64,000 bases of DNA from an uncultured Chloroflexia bacterium (GTDB taxonomy: Bacteria > Chloroflexota > Dehalococcoidia > DSTF01 > JALHUB01): positions 1,312,001-1,376,000 of the forward strand of contig OY969814.1 of the NCBI GenBank assembly GCA_963703345.1, written 5' to 3'. The translations under genes and the position numbers were made by a program. Below the pieces are notes generated by a model, which ran no database searches, was not told where the DNA came from, and saw only the letters and a program-made list of their open reading frames with translations. How positions within the stretch are numbered: position 1 is the first letter of the stretch; each line of letters begins with the position of its first letter. Positions 54,970-64,000 of this stretch are shown here, one piece after another.

Positions 54970-55745
54970 TGAAGATTAGCGCACGGATCGACACAACAAC
55001 GATGGGCCGTAGAAGCGCCCTTTTCCTGGCGAGGCTCCTGCGCCTCACGAACGACTCACGCGGGCAGTTCCTGCCGCTGGCCCTGGCCGCGATGGGCATC
55101 GGCGCCGTGCTGGTCACGCCTTTCCTGGTCGATGCCAGCGTCAACTTGCTCGCGAGCCGCCACGTCGATGCGGCAATCAAGGACCAGTACTCCGCGGACT
55201 CGGGGGTCGAATGGGCGTTGTGGCGACTCAAGAACAACCCCGAACTGACAGCCGACACCTCCTACTCGGAAGCGCCGCTCCAGCCGACGCCCGCTGCCGT
55301 CAACGACGCGCCCTTCCCGACGACCGAGATCCGCCGCGTCGCGAACGCCGGCATGTCACGGACGATCACGCCGGCGTGGCAGAGCGGCGCCGGCCCAAAG
55401 TGCTACGACTTCACTTCGTCGGAGCTGGGGAACGTATTCGGCATCGTCGAGGTCCAGGCGACGTCCGTGTGGATGACACTCCTGCCGGAGGCGGCGCCCT
55501 GCACTCGGCCTGCCGGTCTCGGGCCCATGGACGGCTCTTCGCCCTACCGGCAGCAGTACTCGAATGTGACGCCGGACGCCTACAAGCTCTACGTGGAGAC
55601 TTCGCCGGTTGCCACGGGCACCGTGACGATCAACTACCCCGTCGCAGCCTATGACATTCGGTCGACGCGGCACGGGCACACGACGACTTCCCGGGCGACG
55701 GCGAGCGCGGACGGCGTCCAGATCATCTCCTGGAAACTGGAGTAG
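54969..55745 (+). CDS. PilX-like pilus assembly protein
   Basis: RGQFLPLAL hydrophobic segment, YSADSGVEWALWRL. Confidence 0.7.
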   Translation: MKISARIDTTTMGRRSALFLARLLRLTNDSRGQFLPLALAAMGIGAVLVTPFLVDASVNLLASRHVDAAIKDQYSADSGVEWALWRLKNNPELTADTSYSEAPLQPTPAAVNDAPFPTTEIRRVANAGMSRTITPAWQSGAGPKCYDFTSSELGNVFGIVEVQATSVWMTLLPEAAPCTRPAGLGPMDGSSPYRQQYSNVTPDAYKLYVETSPVATGTVTINYPVAAYDIRSTRHGHTTTSRATASADGVQIISWKLE

Positions 55746-55755
55746 CGAGAGTAGA

Positions 55756-56421
55756 ATGCTGAGATCGGTGCAATCATTCGACCTGATGAAGTGGCTGGAG
55801 GCCACGAAGATAAAGCCGAGCAAGATGCTGCTCGGTCTTGGCGGCATACTGGTCATTGCCTACCTCGTCGTCGGCGCCTCCTATATAAAGGAGCGACAGG
55901 CGCAGTCCGGCATCAAAGAGCAGGTCACGAACGGCGGCGGCACCCTCTCCGGCGTCGGCGACTCCGGTCAGGCGGTGAAAGAGTTGCAGGCCCGGCTTTC
56001 TGAGGTAAAGGCGCAAACGGAAACGCTGGCGAAAGCATTCCCGACGAAGCTGGATAGCGCGACCATCGTTTCCGCTATGCTGCAGAACGCCGACCAGAAC
56101 CACCTGAGCATCAAGCAGATGAGCGCGCTTCCCGCCACCGAATTGAAGACCGGCGGCAAGGATGACAGCAGCGTGTACACCGTTTTGAAGTACACGCTTG
56201 TCCTGGACGGTGGGCTGACGGACATGATCGCCTTCCTCGCGACAATCGAAGGCGGCGCGACGCAGACCGCAGCGGTGGACCAGATGACGATAGCGGACGT
56301 CGGCGCGCAGAAGGAGATGACGGTCGGTGTCTCCCTCTACTCCCGCTCGGTGCCGTCGACGACGGCGACGCCCGGCGGAACGCCCGCTCCGCAGGCCACC
56401 GCGGCGCCGGGATCGAATTGA
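55756..56421 (+). CDS. PilO-like alignment protein
   Basis: Single TM, coiled coil, G....MIAFLATIE; locus context. Confidence 0.6.
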   Translation: MLRSVQSFDLMKWLEATKIKPSKMLLGLGGILVIAYLVVGASYIKERQAQSGIKEQVTNGGGTLSGVGDSGQAVKELQARLSEVKAQTETLAKAFPTKLDSATIVSAMLQNADQNHLSIKQMSALPATELKTGGKDDSSVYTVLKYTLVLDGGLTDMIAFLATIEGGATQTAAVDQMTIADVGAQKEMTVGVSLYSRSVPSTTATPGGTPAPQATAAPGSN

Positions 56422-57356
56422 GGCTGACGCTCATGAGGCTCTCCTTTCCCAAACCCGCCTTGACCCTGCCGGTCATGCTCCAGAAGCCTACCGTGACCGT
56501 CAACATCGAGGGGCACGCCATCCGAACACTCGCGGTGAGGGGGAACATCGTCGTGTCCTGGGAGGAGGCGCCGCTGGACTTCGGTGTCGTGCGCGAAGGC
56601 GTCGTCGCTGACCCGGAGCGGGCGGGCGCTGCACTGGCGGCCGTCCTCGATTCGCAGCACCTTCTTGGCGGGAACCTCATCGCCTGCGTCACCGGCTTTC
56701 GCTCGATAGCGCGCGTCCTCGAGCTGCCGAAGATGGGCGAAGATCTGCTGGAAGAGGCCGTAACGCGGGAGGCGAAGCGGGAGATGCCGGTGCCGATGGA
56801 AGACATCCACCTTTCCTGGCAGGCGCTCGACGCAGAGGACGCAAAACAGCGGATATTCGCTCTGGGCGTTCCGCGCGACATCCTCGACCCGCTACTGAAG
56901 ATGATGACGGTGGCGAAGCGCCGCCCGTGCGCGGTCAACATAAAGCCGCTGGCCTTAGCCAGGATCTGCGGCGAGGAGGAGGCGATAATCGGCGACATCG
57001 AGCCGAATAGCGCCGACGTAGTCGTCGTCACGAAGGGGATTCCGGTCATCATGCGGACGGTCATGGACAGGGGCGGCGAAGCCGGCGACGAGGCGCGGGT
57101 CGCGCGCTTCCGCGACGAGCTCGCCCGTACGATCAAGTTCTACAACGACACGCATCGGCAGGAGCCGCTGGAGCCATCGACGCCAATCTTCCTCACCGGG
57201 TCGCTTGCCGAGATGGTGGCAGCCGAGCCGCTGCAGTCGCTAGAGGCGCTGGAGCAGTATTCCGTGCAGCCTCTTTCGCCGCCGCTCGCCTACCCGCCGG
57301 AGCTGCCGGTCCATACCTATGCCGTCAACCTCGGGCTGGCGCTGAAGGAGGTGTGA
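56418..57356 (+). CDS. pilM: PilM-like actin-fold protein
   Basis: REGVVAD, PLALAR, ELARTIKFY, IFLTG, NLGLALKE. Confidence 0.8.
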   Translation: MRLTLMRLSFPKPALTLPVMLQKPTVTVNIEGHAIRTLAVRGNIVVSWEEAPLDFGVVREGVVADPERAGAALAAVLDSQHLLGGNLIACVTGFRSIARVLELPKMGEDLLEEAVTREAKREMPVPMEDIHLSWQALDAEDAKQRIFALGVPRDILDPLLKMMTVAKRRPCAVNIKPLALARICGEEEAIIGDIEPNSADVVVVTKGIPVIMRTVMDRGGEAGDEARVARFRDELARTIKFYNDTHRQEPLEPSTPIFLTGSLAEMVAAEPLQSLEALEQYSVQPLSPPLAYPPELPVHTYAVNLGLALKEV

Positions 57357-57943
57357 CGATGCATCGCAGCTTGACAGCGCAGAGAAGCAAACTGATAGAC
57401 CTGAACGTCCTGCCGCAGGAGATGCGCCCCCTGCGCTACCCCGGCTGGTACGTGCTCGGGCTCACCGCCATCATGATCGGCTGCGTGCTGCTGGTGCCGG
57501 CCATCATCTTGCAGCGCTCCGCCAACAATCAGACCGCCGACCTGAACCACCAATTGCTTCTGATCTCGGGCCAACTGACGGGCGTCCAGATGGACATCGG
57601 CCGGGAGAGAGGGCTGCGCATGGAGATCACGCAGGCGGAGGCGGCGCTCGCCGCCGTGCAGGCCGAGCGGAAGACGGTCCTCGGAATGGACACGCCGGTA
57701 TCGAAAGACCTGCGGGTCCTCTACGCCGCCGCTCCGCCGGGCCTGCGCATCACGTCGGCCTCGAAGAGCGAGAGCAAGATCGTGGCGTCCGGGCAGGCGC
57801 CGAGCATCGAAAGCGTCATCGCCTTTGCGTCGGCCCTGAACGCGGACGGATCGTTCTCCGGCGTCACTATCACTTCGTTGGGAACGGCTGCCGGTGGAGG
57901 AGGCGGCTCGTCGCCGGCGTTCACAGTGGAGGTGGCGCAATAG
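57353..57943 (+). CDS. PilN-like protein
   Basis: IDLNVLP PilM-binding motif, TM, coiled coil. Confidence 0.72.
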   Translation: MTMHRSLTAQRSKLIDLNVLPQEMRPLRYPGWYVLGLTAIMIGCVLLVPAIILQRSANNQTADLNHQLLLISGQLTGVQMDIGRERGLRMEITQAEAALAAVQAERKTVLGMDTPVSKDLRVLYAAAPPGLRITSASKSESKIVASGQAPSIESVIAFASALNADGSFSGVTITSLGTAAGGGGGSSPAFTVEVAQ

Positions 57944-58320
57944 ACGCGACCACAAACATCGCAATCGTCATTTGCGGGCTGGCGGTGGGAAGCTTTCTAA
58001 ACGTCTGCATCGACCGGCTGCCGCGCGGGCAATCGCTGTTCAGTCCGCGTTCCCATTGCGACGCGTGCAAGACGCCGCTGGGCGCGCGCGACCTCGTTCC
58101 GGTTGCCAGCTACCTCTTTCTGCGAGGCAAATGCCGCTACTGCGACGCCGCCATCCCCTTGCGCGCGCCGGTCGTCGAGATTGCCGCAGCGTCGGTCTTT
58201 GGAATCTGCGGGCTGCTGCTAGAGAGCGTCTGGCTGGCTCTTGCCGCCGGCGCGCTGGCCTGCGCGCTCGTCGCCGCGGCCGTCGTCGCAATCGAACAGC
58301 GCCCCCTACGAACTGAATGA
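57940..58320 (+). CDS. Prepilin peptidase N-terminal zinc domain only (truncated PilD-like)
   Basis: GSFLNVCIDRLP, RSHCDAC, LRGKCRYC; no A24 catalytic Asp region; candidate ATA start at 57940 after GGAGG. Confidence 0.7.
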   Translation: MDATTNIAIVICGLAVGSFLNVCIDRLPRGQSLFSPRSHCDACKTPLGARDLVPVASYLFLRGKCRYCDAAIPLRAPVVEIAAASVFGICGLLLESVWLALAAGALACALVAAAVVAIEQRPLRTE

Positions 58321-58333
58321 GGAGGAACCGCCA

Positions 58334-59431
58334 ATGACATTCGACAGCCAGGGCCAAATGACCGCCGCCTCGCTGCTCAGGCGCATGGTGGACACGGAAG
58401 CCTCTGACCTTCATCTGAAGGTCGGCTCGCCGCCCGTCCTGCGCATCAACGGCGAGCTTCAGCCGCAGGACCTTCCGACTCTGAGCCCGGCGGCCGCTGA
58501 ATCGATGCTGAAACAGATAACCGACGAGGAGCAGCGAGAGCGCTTTGAGGAGGAGAAGGAGATCGACTTCTCCTGCACGCTGGAGGGAGTTGGGCGCTTT
58601 CGCGTGAACGCCGCTCTTCAGCGAGGAACGATAACGCTTGCCTTCCGGCTCGTGAAAGAGCACATTCCGTCGCTGCAAGAGATCGGCCTTCCCGAGATCT
58701 GCGGCCACCTTGCGCTCAAGCCGCGCGGCCTGGTGCTGGTGACCGGTCCTACCGGCTGCGGCAAGTCGACGACGCTGGCGGCCATGATCGAGTACCTCAA
58801 CGAGCGGGAGCGGCGCCACGTCATCTGCATCGAAGACCCTATCGAATACATCCACTCCAATAACCTCTGCCTGATATCACAGCGGGAGCTCGGACTGGAC
58901 ACGCTGTCATTCGCGGACGCCCTCTCCCACGCCCTGCGCCAGGACCCCGACGTCATCCTCGTCGGCGAGATGCGCGACCTGGCGACGATATCGGCGGCGC
59001 TTACGGCGGCGGAGACGGGACACCTCGTACTGACCACGCTGCACACGCCCAGCGCGCCACAGACCATCGACCGCATCATCGATGTTTTCCCGCCGCACCA
59101 GCAGCAGCAGGTCAGGGTGCAGCTATCGCTCGTGCTCGAAGCCGTGCTCTGCCAGACGCTGCTGCCGCGCGCCGACGGGACAGGCCGAGTCGCCGCGGCG
59201 GAGATAATGGTCGCGACTTCGGCGATTCGCAACCTGATAAGAGAGAGCAAGACGCATCAGTTGTTGAATGTGATCCAGACCGGCGCCCAGTTCGGGATGC
59301 GCACGCTCGACCAGGACCTGGCGGTGCTGTGCCAGAGCGGCATCGTCAGGACAGAAGACGCGCTGTCGCGTTGCCAGAACCCCGAGGAGCTGAAGCGCCT
59401 GCTGCTGTTCAAGGAGAGCGCCGCCGCCTAG
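58334..59431 (+). CDS. pilT: Twitching motility retraction ATPase
   Basis: SDLHL, GPTGCGKSTT, LRQDPD, AAETGH, AIRNLIRE. Confidence 0.96.
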   Translation: MTFDSQGQMTAASLLRRMVDTEASDLHLKVGSPPVLRINGELQPQDLPTLSPAAAESMLKQITDEEQRERFEEEKEIDFSCTLEGVGRFRVNAALQRGTITLAFRLVKEHIPSLQEIGLPEICGHLALKPRGLVLVTGPTGCGKSTTLAAMIEYLNERERRHVICIEDPIEYIHSNNLCLISQRELGLDTLSFADALSHALRQDPDVILVGEMRDLATISAALTAAETGHLVLTTLHTPSAPQTIDRIIDVFPPHQQQQVRVQLSLVLEAVLCQTLLPRADGTGRVAAAEIMVATSAIRNLIRESKTHQLLNVIQTGAQFGMRTLDQDLAVLCQSGIVRTEDALSRCQNPEELKRLLLFKESAAA

Positions 59432-59458
59432 CGGGTCGGGCTCGATCGGAAGGAGACG

Positions 59459-61456
59459 ATGAGTCGGCGATTCCTGGCATCCGCGCAGCGGGACTACCGC
59501 GTCTGCGCCGCCCTCACCGGGCTGCTGGCGTTCATCGTCTACCTCCGCACCCTGGCGCCCACCGTCATGTGGTACGACATGGGCGAGCTGACGACGACCT
59601 CCTATGTGCTCGGCATCGCTCACAACACCGGCTATCCGCTCTACATCCTGCTGGGCAAGCTGTTCACCTTCCTGCCGGTCGGCGACGTCGCTTACCGAGT
59701 GAACCTGATGTCGGCGGTGTTCGCGGCGCTGACGGTGGCGACGGTCTTTCTCATCGTTCACGAGCTGACAGAGAGCCGCTTCGCCGCCCTCATCGGGTCG
59801 CTCACGCTCGCCTTCTCTTCGACGTTCTGGTCGAACGCCAACTGGGCCGAGTCATACTCCCTGAACGCCTTCTCGACGGCGCTCATCACGCTGCTGCTGC
59901 TACGTTGGCGCGAGAGCGGGAAGACCTGGCAGTTGTATCTGGTGTTCCTGGTCTTTGGGCTCAGTCTGGGCAATCATCGCCTCATCTTGCTGTTGACGCC
60001 GGGCATCCTGGCTTTCCTGTGGTCGGGGAGGCAGGCGCTGGACCGCGGGCGACTGTTCCGGGGCGGGCTCGTGTTCCTGCTCGGACTTTCCGTGTACCTT
60101 TACCTGCCGATACGTGGATCGCAGAACCCTTCCCTCAACTGGGCCAAGCCGGGTGACCTTCAGACGTACCTGAGCATGTTCCTAAGCGGCGATAGCAGCG
60201 GCCGGTACTGGGACTTCGCCTTCTTCGACCGGCTCGACGTCCTCGCCCGCTTCCCGCTGAACGAGTTCTCGGTCTTCGGGCTCGCGCTGGCCGTCGTCGG
60301 CCTGGTCTATGTCTGGCGACGGCGCCGGGTCCTGGCGGTCTACGGCCTCTCGCTGTGCGTTCTCGTCGGATTCGTGGTGCTGACCTACAGCATCCACAAC
60401 GTCTACAACTACCTGATACCTGCCTATCTGCTGCTGGCGGTATGGACCGGCTGCGGTGCCCAGGCGCTGCTGTCGTTCGGCCTCCAACTGGCGGACGTGC
60501 GACGGCTGCGCTGGGCGCAATCCGGCCAGTACCTCTTCTCACCGCTCGCCGCCGCCGTGCTGCTCCTGCTGCCGGTCTGGCTCGTCGCCCGCAACCTGCC
60601 GCGGGTGGACCGGAGCGACGACTACAGCGCCCACGACTTCGCGCTGACGACGCTGGACGGCGTGAAGCCGCACGCCACGATCATCACCGATAGCTGGACC
60701 GCTTCGCCGCTCTGGTACGCCCAGCTCGTCGAGGGGTACCGCCACGACGTGCTGGTGTCGCCGCTGTTCTCCGTGCCCGGCGAGGACGTGAACAGCTTCA
60801 TTGAGGAACAGCTTCGGCAAGGACGACCCGTCTACGTGGCGGAGGGGCTTCGCGGCGGCGTGTCGACGATAGCGAAGGGGTACCACGTGCAGCCCGTCCT
60901 CCTCGACGGCATCGAGACGATGGTCACCAACGTCCTCCCTAAGCCGGAGTACAAGGACGACCTGGTCCGCAACGGCTCGCTCTACCGTGTTCTGACGGAT
61001 GAGCCCTCGCTTACCGTCAACGCCGTCCCCCATGGCGCGCGGACGCTCGTGAGCTTCGGCGGCGGGCTCGACCTCGTCGGCTTCCGGGCCGATCCACCGG
61101 TCGCCCAGCGCGGCGACATCGTGCGTTTGGACTACTACTGGCTGCTTTCCGACAAGACGGACGCAGACTTGCTGGCGCGGCTCTTCTTCACCGATAGCGA
61201 CGGCCTTGTGGCGACGCGCCGCGGCTTCCCGCTCTGGTGGCAGGGCTGGGAGCTGGGAGCCGGCGCGCGCCCGACGAGCATGTGGGAGCCCGGCCGTATC
61301 GTCAAAGAGGAGTACTATCTGCTCGTGCCGCGGGACGTGGCGCCGGGAACCTACAACCTGAATCTGAAGATCCGCGACGCATCATCCGGCCTCTCGCTCG
61401 AATCCGAGGGCAGCACGGGCGATGGCGCCGTCATCGGCTCCCTGACGGTACGCTGA
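59459..61456 (+). CDS. DUF2723 / TMEM260-like GT-C glycosyltransferase
   Basis: YLRTLAPTV..D.GE...LGIAH..GYPLY..LGKLF, AESY, YLYLPIR. Confidence 0.85.
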   Translation: MSRRFLASAQRDYRVCAALTGLLAFIVYLRTLAPTVMWYDMGELTTTSYVLGIAHNTGYPLYILLGKLFTFLPVGDVAYRVNLMSAVFAALTVATVFLIVHELTESRFAALIGSLTLAFSSTFWSNANWAESYSLNAFSTALITLLLLRWRESGKTWQLYLVFLVFGLSLGNHRLILLLTPGILAFLWSGRQALDRGRLFRGGLVFLLGLSVYLYLPIRGSQNPSLNWAKPGDLQTYLSMFLSGDSSGRYWDFAFFDRLDVLARFPLNEFSVFGLALAVVGLVYVWRRRRVLAVYGLSLCVLVGFVVLTYSIHNVYNYLIPAYLLLAVWTGCGAQALLSFGLQLADVRRLRWAQSGQYLFSPLAAAVLLLLPVWLVARNLPRVDRSDDYSAHDFALTTLDGVKPHATIITDSWTASPLWYAQLVEGYRHDVLVSPLFSVPGEDVNSFIEEQLRQGRPVYVAEGLRGGVSTIAKGYHVQPVLLDGIETMVTNVLPKPEYKDDLVRNGSLYRVLTDEPSLTVNAVPHGARTLVSFGGGLDLVGFRADPPVAQRGDIVRLDYYWLLSDKTDADLLARLFFTDSDGLVATRRGFPLWWQGWELGAGARPTSMWEPGRIVKEEYYLLVPRDVAPGTYNLNLKIRDASSGLSLESEGSTGDGAVIGSLTVR

Positions 61457-61600
61457 TGCGTACCCCTTTTGTGGTATCCTCGAATCCCTCCGCTGATAGA
61501 TAGACGTTCCCCCGACCTCCGCCGATCTAACGATTGTAGGGCAGAACGCATATCAGGCGTGCCCAAGAATCGCGATTATGCCCAAACCGGAGGTCTATTG

Positions 61601-61972
61601 ATGAGAGATAGGGTTGACATTCTCAAGAAGCAAAGGGGTGAGGCTGGTTTCACGCTTGTCGAGCTGCTGATAGTGCTGGCGATCCTGGCCATCCTCGTCG
61701 CCGTCGTGTTGCCGAACTTCACCGGCCTTCTCGGAAAGAGCCAGACGACCGCGGCGGACGCGGAGAAGAACATCGTCCAGACAGCCGTCGACGCCAAGAT
61801 GGCGGCGGAGAACCTAGCCACGACCGATGAGATCACTACCGCGACCACCGACATGACCACGGATTCGGGAGGCTTTGGCCTCTACCCGACATACATGCGT
61901 GGCACGGCTACGAAGGGCACCTATACCGTCGACACCACGGGCAAGGTGACGCAAGCAAGCACCGGCTACTGA
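61601..61972 (+). CDS. pilA: Major type IV pilin
   Basis: G/FTLVELLIVLAILAIL, P22; GGAGG RBS; 107-aa mature protein. Confidence 0.88.
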   Translation: MRDRVDILKKQRGEAGFTLVELLIVLAILAILVAVVLPNFTGLLGKSQTTAADAEKNIVQTAVDAKMAAENLATTDEITTATTDMTTDSGGFGLYPTYMRGTATKGTYTVDTTGKVTQASTGY

Positions 61973-62164
61973 GCGGGCCGGGCATGAGGCGGCCTCCGAA
62001 TCATCGGTTCGCCGCTGTTGTCTGGGTCCGCGCCCAAGCCACGACAAGCAATAGACTCCGGGGGCAGCAAGGGCGGAGGTCAGGCCTCCGCCCCCCGGCT
62101 AACCGCCCCGTCCCTGGAAGTCACGGTCGGCAGGCAGCCCCTTTTGTGATCGGTTCGCAAGCAT

Positions 62165-63868
62165 ATGCCTGAGCAAGCCGCCGCAGCGCCCATAGTCAAG
62201 AGGTTCGGCGAGATCATGGTCGACGCTGGCCTGCTCACGCCCGAGCAGATGGTCAAGGCGGTGGAGGAAGCCGAGCGGGCTCAGAAGCGCCTCGGCGACT
62301 ATCTGCGCGATGAGGGCGTGGTGTCTGAAGAAGACGTCGCCATGGCCCTCAGCCTCCAGCTCAACCTCCCGATCATCGACCTGACGCGCCACCCAGTGCA
62401 GCAGGAGGCTCTGGCCCTCGTGCCGGAAGCCTACGCCCGCCAGCACGACCTCATCCCCGTCGACCTGATGGGCGACTCGCTGGTCGTCGTCATGGCGGAT
62501 CCGCTGAACATGCACGTGCTGGAGGACCTGCGCGCCCGGGCTCGGAAGGTGATTTCACCGGCGGTCGGCATCCCCAGTGACATCCGCGAGGCGATCAACT
62601 GCAACTACCAGGGCTGGTGTGAGATCGAGAAGCAGGTCAACCTCGTAGCGCCGCGCGTCGCTGAGGCCGCCGCCAAAGATACAGCCGCACAGGATCTTAC
62701 CGCTCGGACGCCCATCGTACGGACGGCGGAGCTGCTGATTACGCAGGCGGTCCGCGACCGCGCCTCCGACATCCACCTGGAGCCCAAGGAGGGCGGCCTC
62801 CGGGTCCGCTATCGCATCGATGGGTACCTTCAGGAAGTGCAGAACCTGCCGCTCAGCGTGCACCTGCCGCTCATCTCCCGCCTGAAGGTGCTCGCCGGCA
62901 TGAACATCGCCGAGCGAAGGCGACCGCAGGACGGCCAGTTCTCCGTGCGCGTCGAAGACAAGGACGTGGACTTCCGTGTCGCCACCTCCGACAGCGCCCA
63001 CGGCGAGATGATGGTACTGCGTGTCCTCGACAAATCGCTCTACCTCATCTCCGTCGACGACCTGGGGTTTCTGCCCGAGGCGCTGGAGCGCTACACGCAG
63101 ATGCTGCGCAAGCCCTTCGGCATGGTGCTGGTCGGCGGCCCGACGGGGTCGGGCAAGACGACGACGCTGTACGCCTCGCTCAGCCAGCTCGACCGCAAAG
63201 GGCGCAACATCATCACCATCGAAGATCCGATAGAATACCACTTCGACGACATCAATCAGATCCAGGTGAATACGCAAGCCAGCATCACCTTCGCCAGCGG
63301 GCTGCGGTCGATAATGCGGCTCGACCCGGACGTCATCCTCGTCGGCGAAGTGCGCGACGGCGAGACGGCGGCAATGGCGACTCAGGCCTCGCTGACCGGC
63401 CACCTCGTGCTGTCGTCGATCCACGCCAACGATGCCGTAGGCATCCTTTTCCGTCTCATCGACCTGGGTGTCGAGCCGTTCCTGCTCTCGTCGGCGCTGG
63501 TGGGCGTCGTCTCGCAGCGACTGGTCCGGCGTGTCTGTTCGCACTGCCGCGCTCTTGCCGACGTGCCGGAGGAGGAGCAAAGCGCTTACGCGGAGGAGGT
63601 GGGCGAGAGGCCCGACAAGCTCTACTACGGCAGCGGTTGCAACTTCTGCGCCGGCACCGGATACGCCGGCCGCACCGGCGTCTATGAGGTGATGATGCTG
63701 AGCGAGGAGATCCGCCACCTGCTCCTGAAGGGCGCGAGCTCCGGCGACATCAAGGCGCAGGCGATAAGCGAAGGCATGATCACGATGCGGCGCGCCGCCA
63801 TGCTGAAGGTGAGCCAGGGCGTCACGACGCCGCGCGAAGTCGTCCGCAACGTCTTCTCCATCATGTAG
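62165..63868 (+). CDS. pilB: Pilus assembly ATPase (PilB/GspE)
   Basis: MshEN-like N-terminus, [30 protein letters not shown], tetracysteine motif. Confidence 0.95.
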   Translation: MPEQAAAAPIVKRFGEIMVDAGLLTPEQMVKAVEEAERAQKRLGDYLRDEGVVSEEDVAMALSLQLNLPIIDLTRHPVQQEALALVPEAYARQHDLIPVDLMGDSLVVVMADPLNMHVLEDLRARARKVISPAVGIPSDIREAINCNYQGWCEIEKQVNLVAPRVAEAAAKDTAAQDLTARTPIVRTAELLITQAVRDRASDIHLEPKEGGLRVRYRIDGYLQEVQNLPLSVHLPLISRLKVLAGMNIAERRRPQDGQFSVRVEDKDVDFRVATSDSAHGEMMVLRVLDKSLYLISVDDLGFLPEALERYTQMLRKPFGMVLVGGPTGSGKTTTLYASLSQLDRKGRNIITIEDPIEYHFDDINQIQVNTQASITFASGLRSIMRLDPDVILVGEVRDGETAAMATQASLTGHLVLSSIHANDAVGILFRLIDLGVEPFLLSSALVGVVSQRLVRRVCSHCRALADVPEEEQSAYAEEVGERPDKLYYGSGCNFCAGTGYAGRTGVYEVMMLSEEIRHLLLKGASSGDIKAQAISEGMITMRRAAMLKVSQGVTTPREVVRNVFSIM

Positions 63869-64000
63869 CAATCGACTCCGTTGAGCGCGCGATAGGCAGC
63901 GTGAACAGGAAAGCGCTGCCCTTCCCGTCGCCGGCGCTCTCCGCCCAGATGCGGCCGCCGTGCGCTTCGACGATTCCCTTACAGGTCGCCAGCCCCAGCC

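Noticed and set aside
61601-61972. Conductive e-pilin
   Set aside because: Only 7 aromatic residues in 107 aa, with a long aromatic-free stretch after F24

Overview
High-GC bacterial chromosomal window. Gene content (type IV pilus locus without a secretin, small Cys-rich proteins, PyrD/PyrB style) suggests Chloroflexota, probably Dehalococcoidia-like; this is inference. From left to right: the decayed end of an element integrated at tRNA-Pro; a PyrR-attenuated pyrimidine cluster (pyrR-pyrB-pyrC-carA-carB-pyrK, with pyrD set apart) interrupted by an orphan DNA methyltransferase and mrp; an MMPL transporter; a Fur-family regulator heading a NikMQO-type transporter; pckA; a degenerate GGDEF/deacetylase/GT-C-like group; a site-2 protease; a ferredoxin:thioredoxin reductase catalytic subunit that the ORF track truncates at an in-frame UGA followed by a SECIS-like hairpin (predicted selenoprotein, CHU motif); a pterin operon; glycolytic genes; thiolase; dxs; a patchwork glycosylation island; PadR with a HAAS-like partner; and a type IV pilus locus containing a DUF2723 glycosyltransferase. 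Main signals: (1) the Sec-containing FTR; (2) a chimeric DUF116 ORF whose 5' end consists of diverged copies of the dxs start and the flippase end, making inverted and direct repeats around 8-10 kb segments; (3) short CCTGCC-led palindromic insertions inside several pyr genes; (4) a candidate pilin O-glycosylation system. Several single-base frameshifts in housekeeping genes look like sequencing errors.
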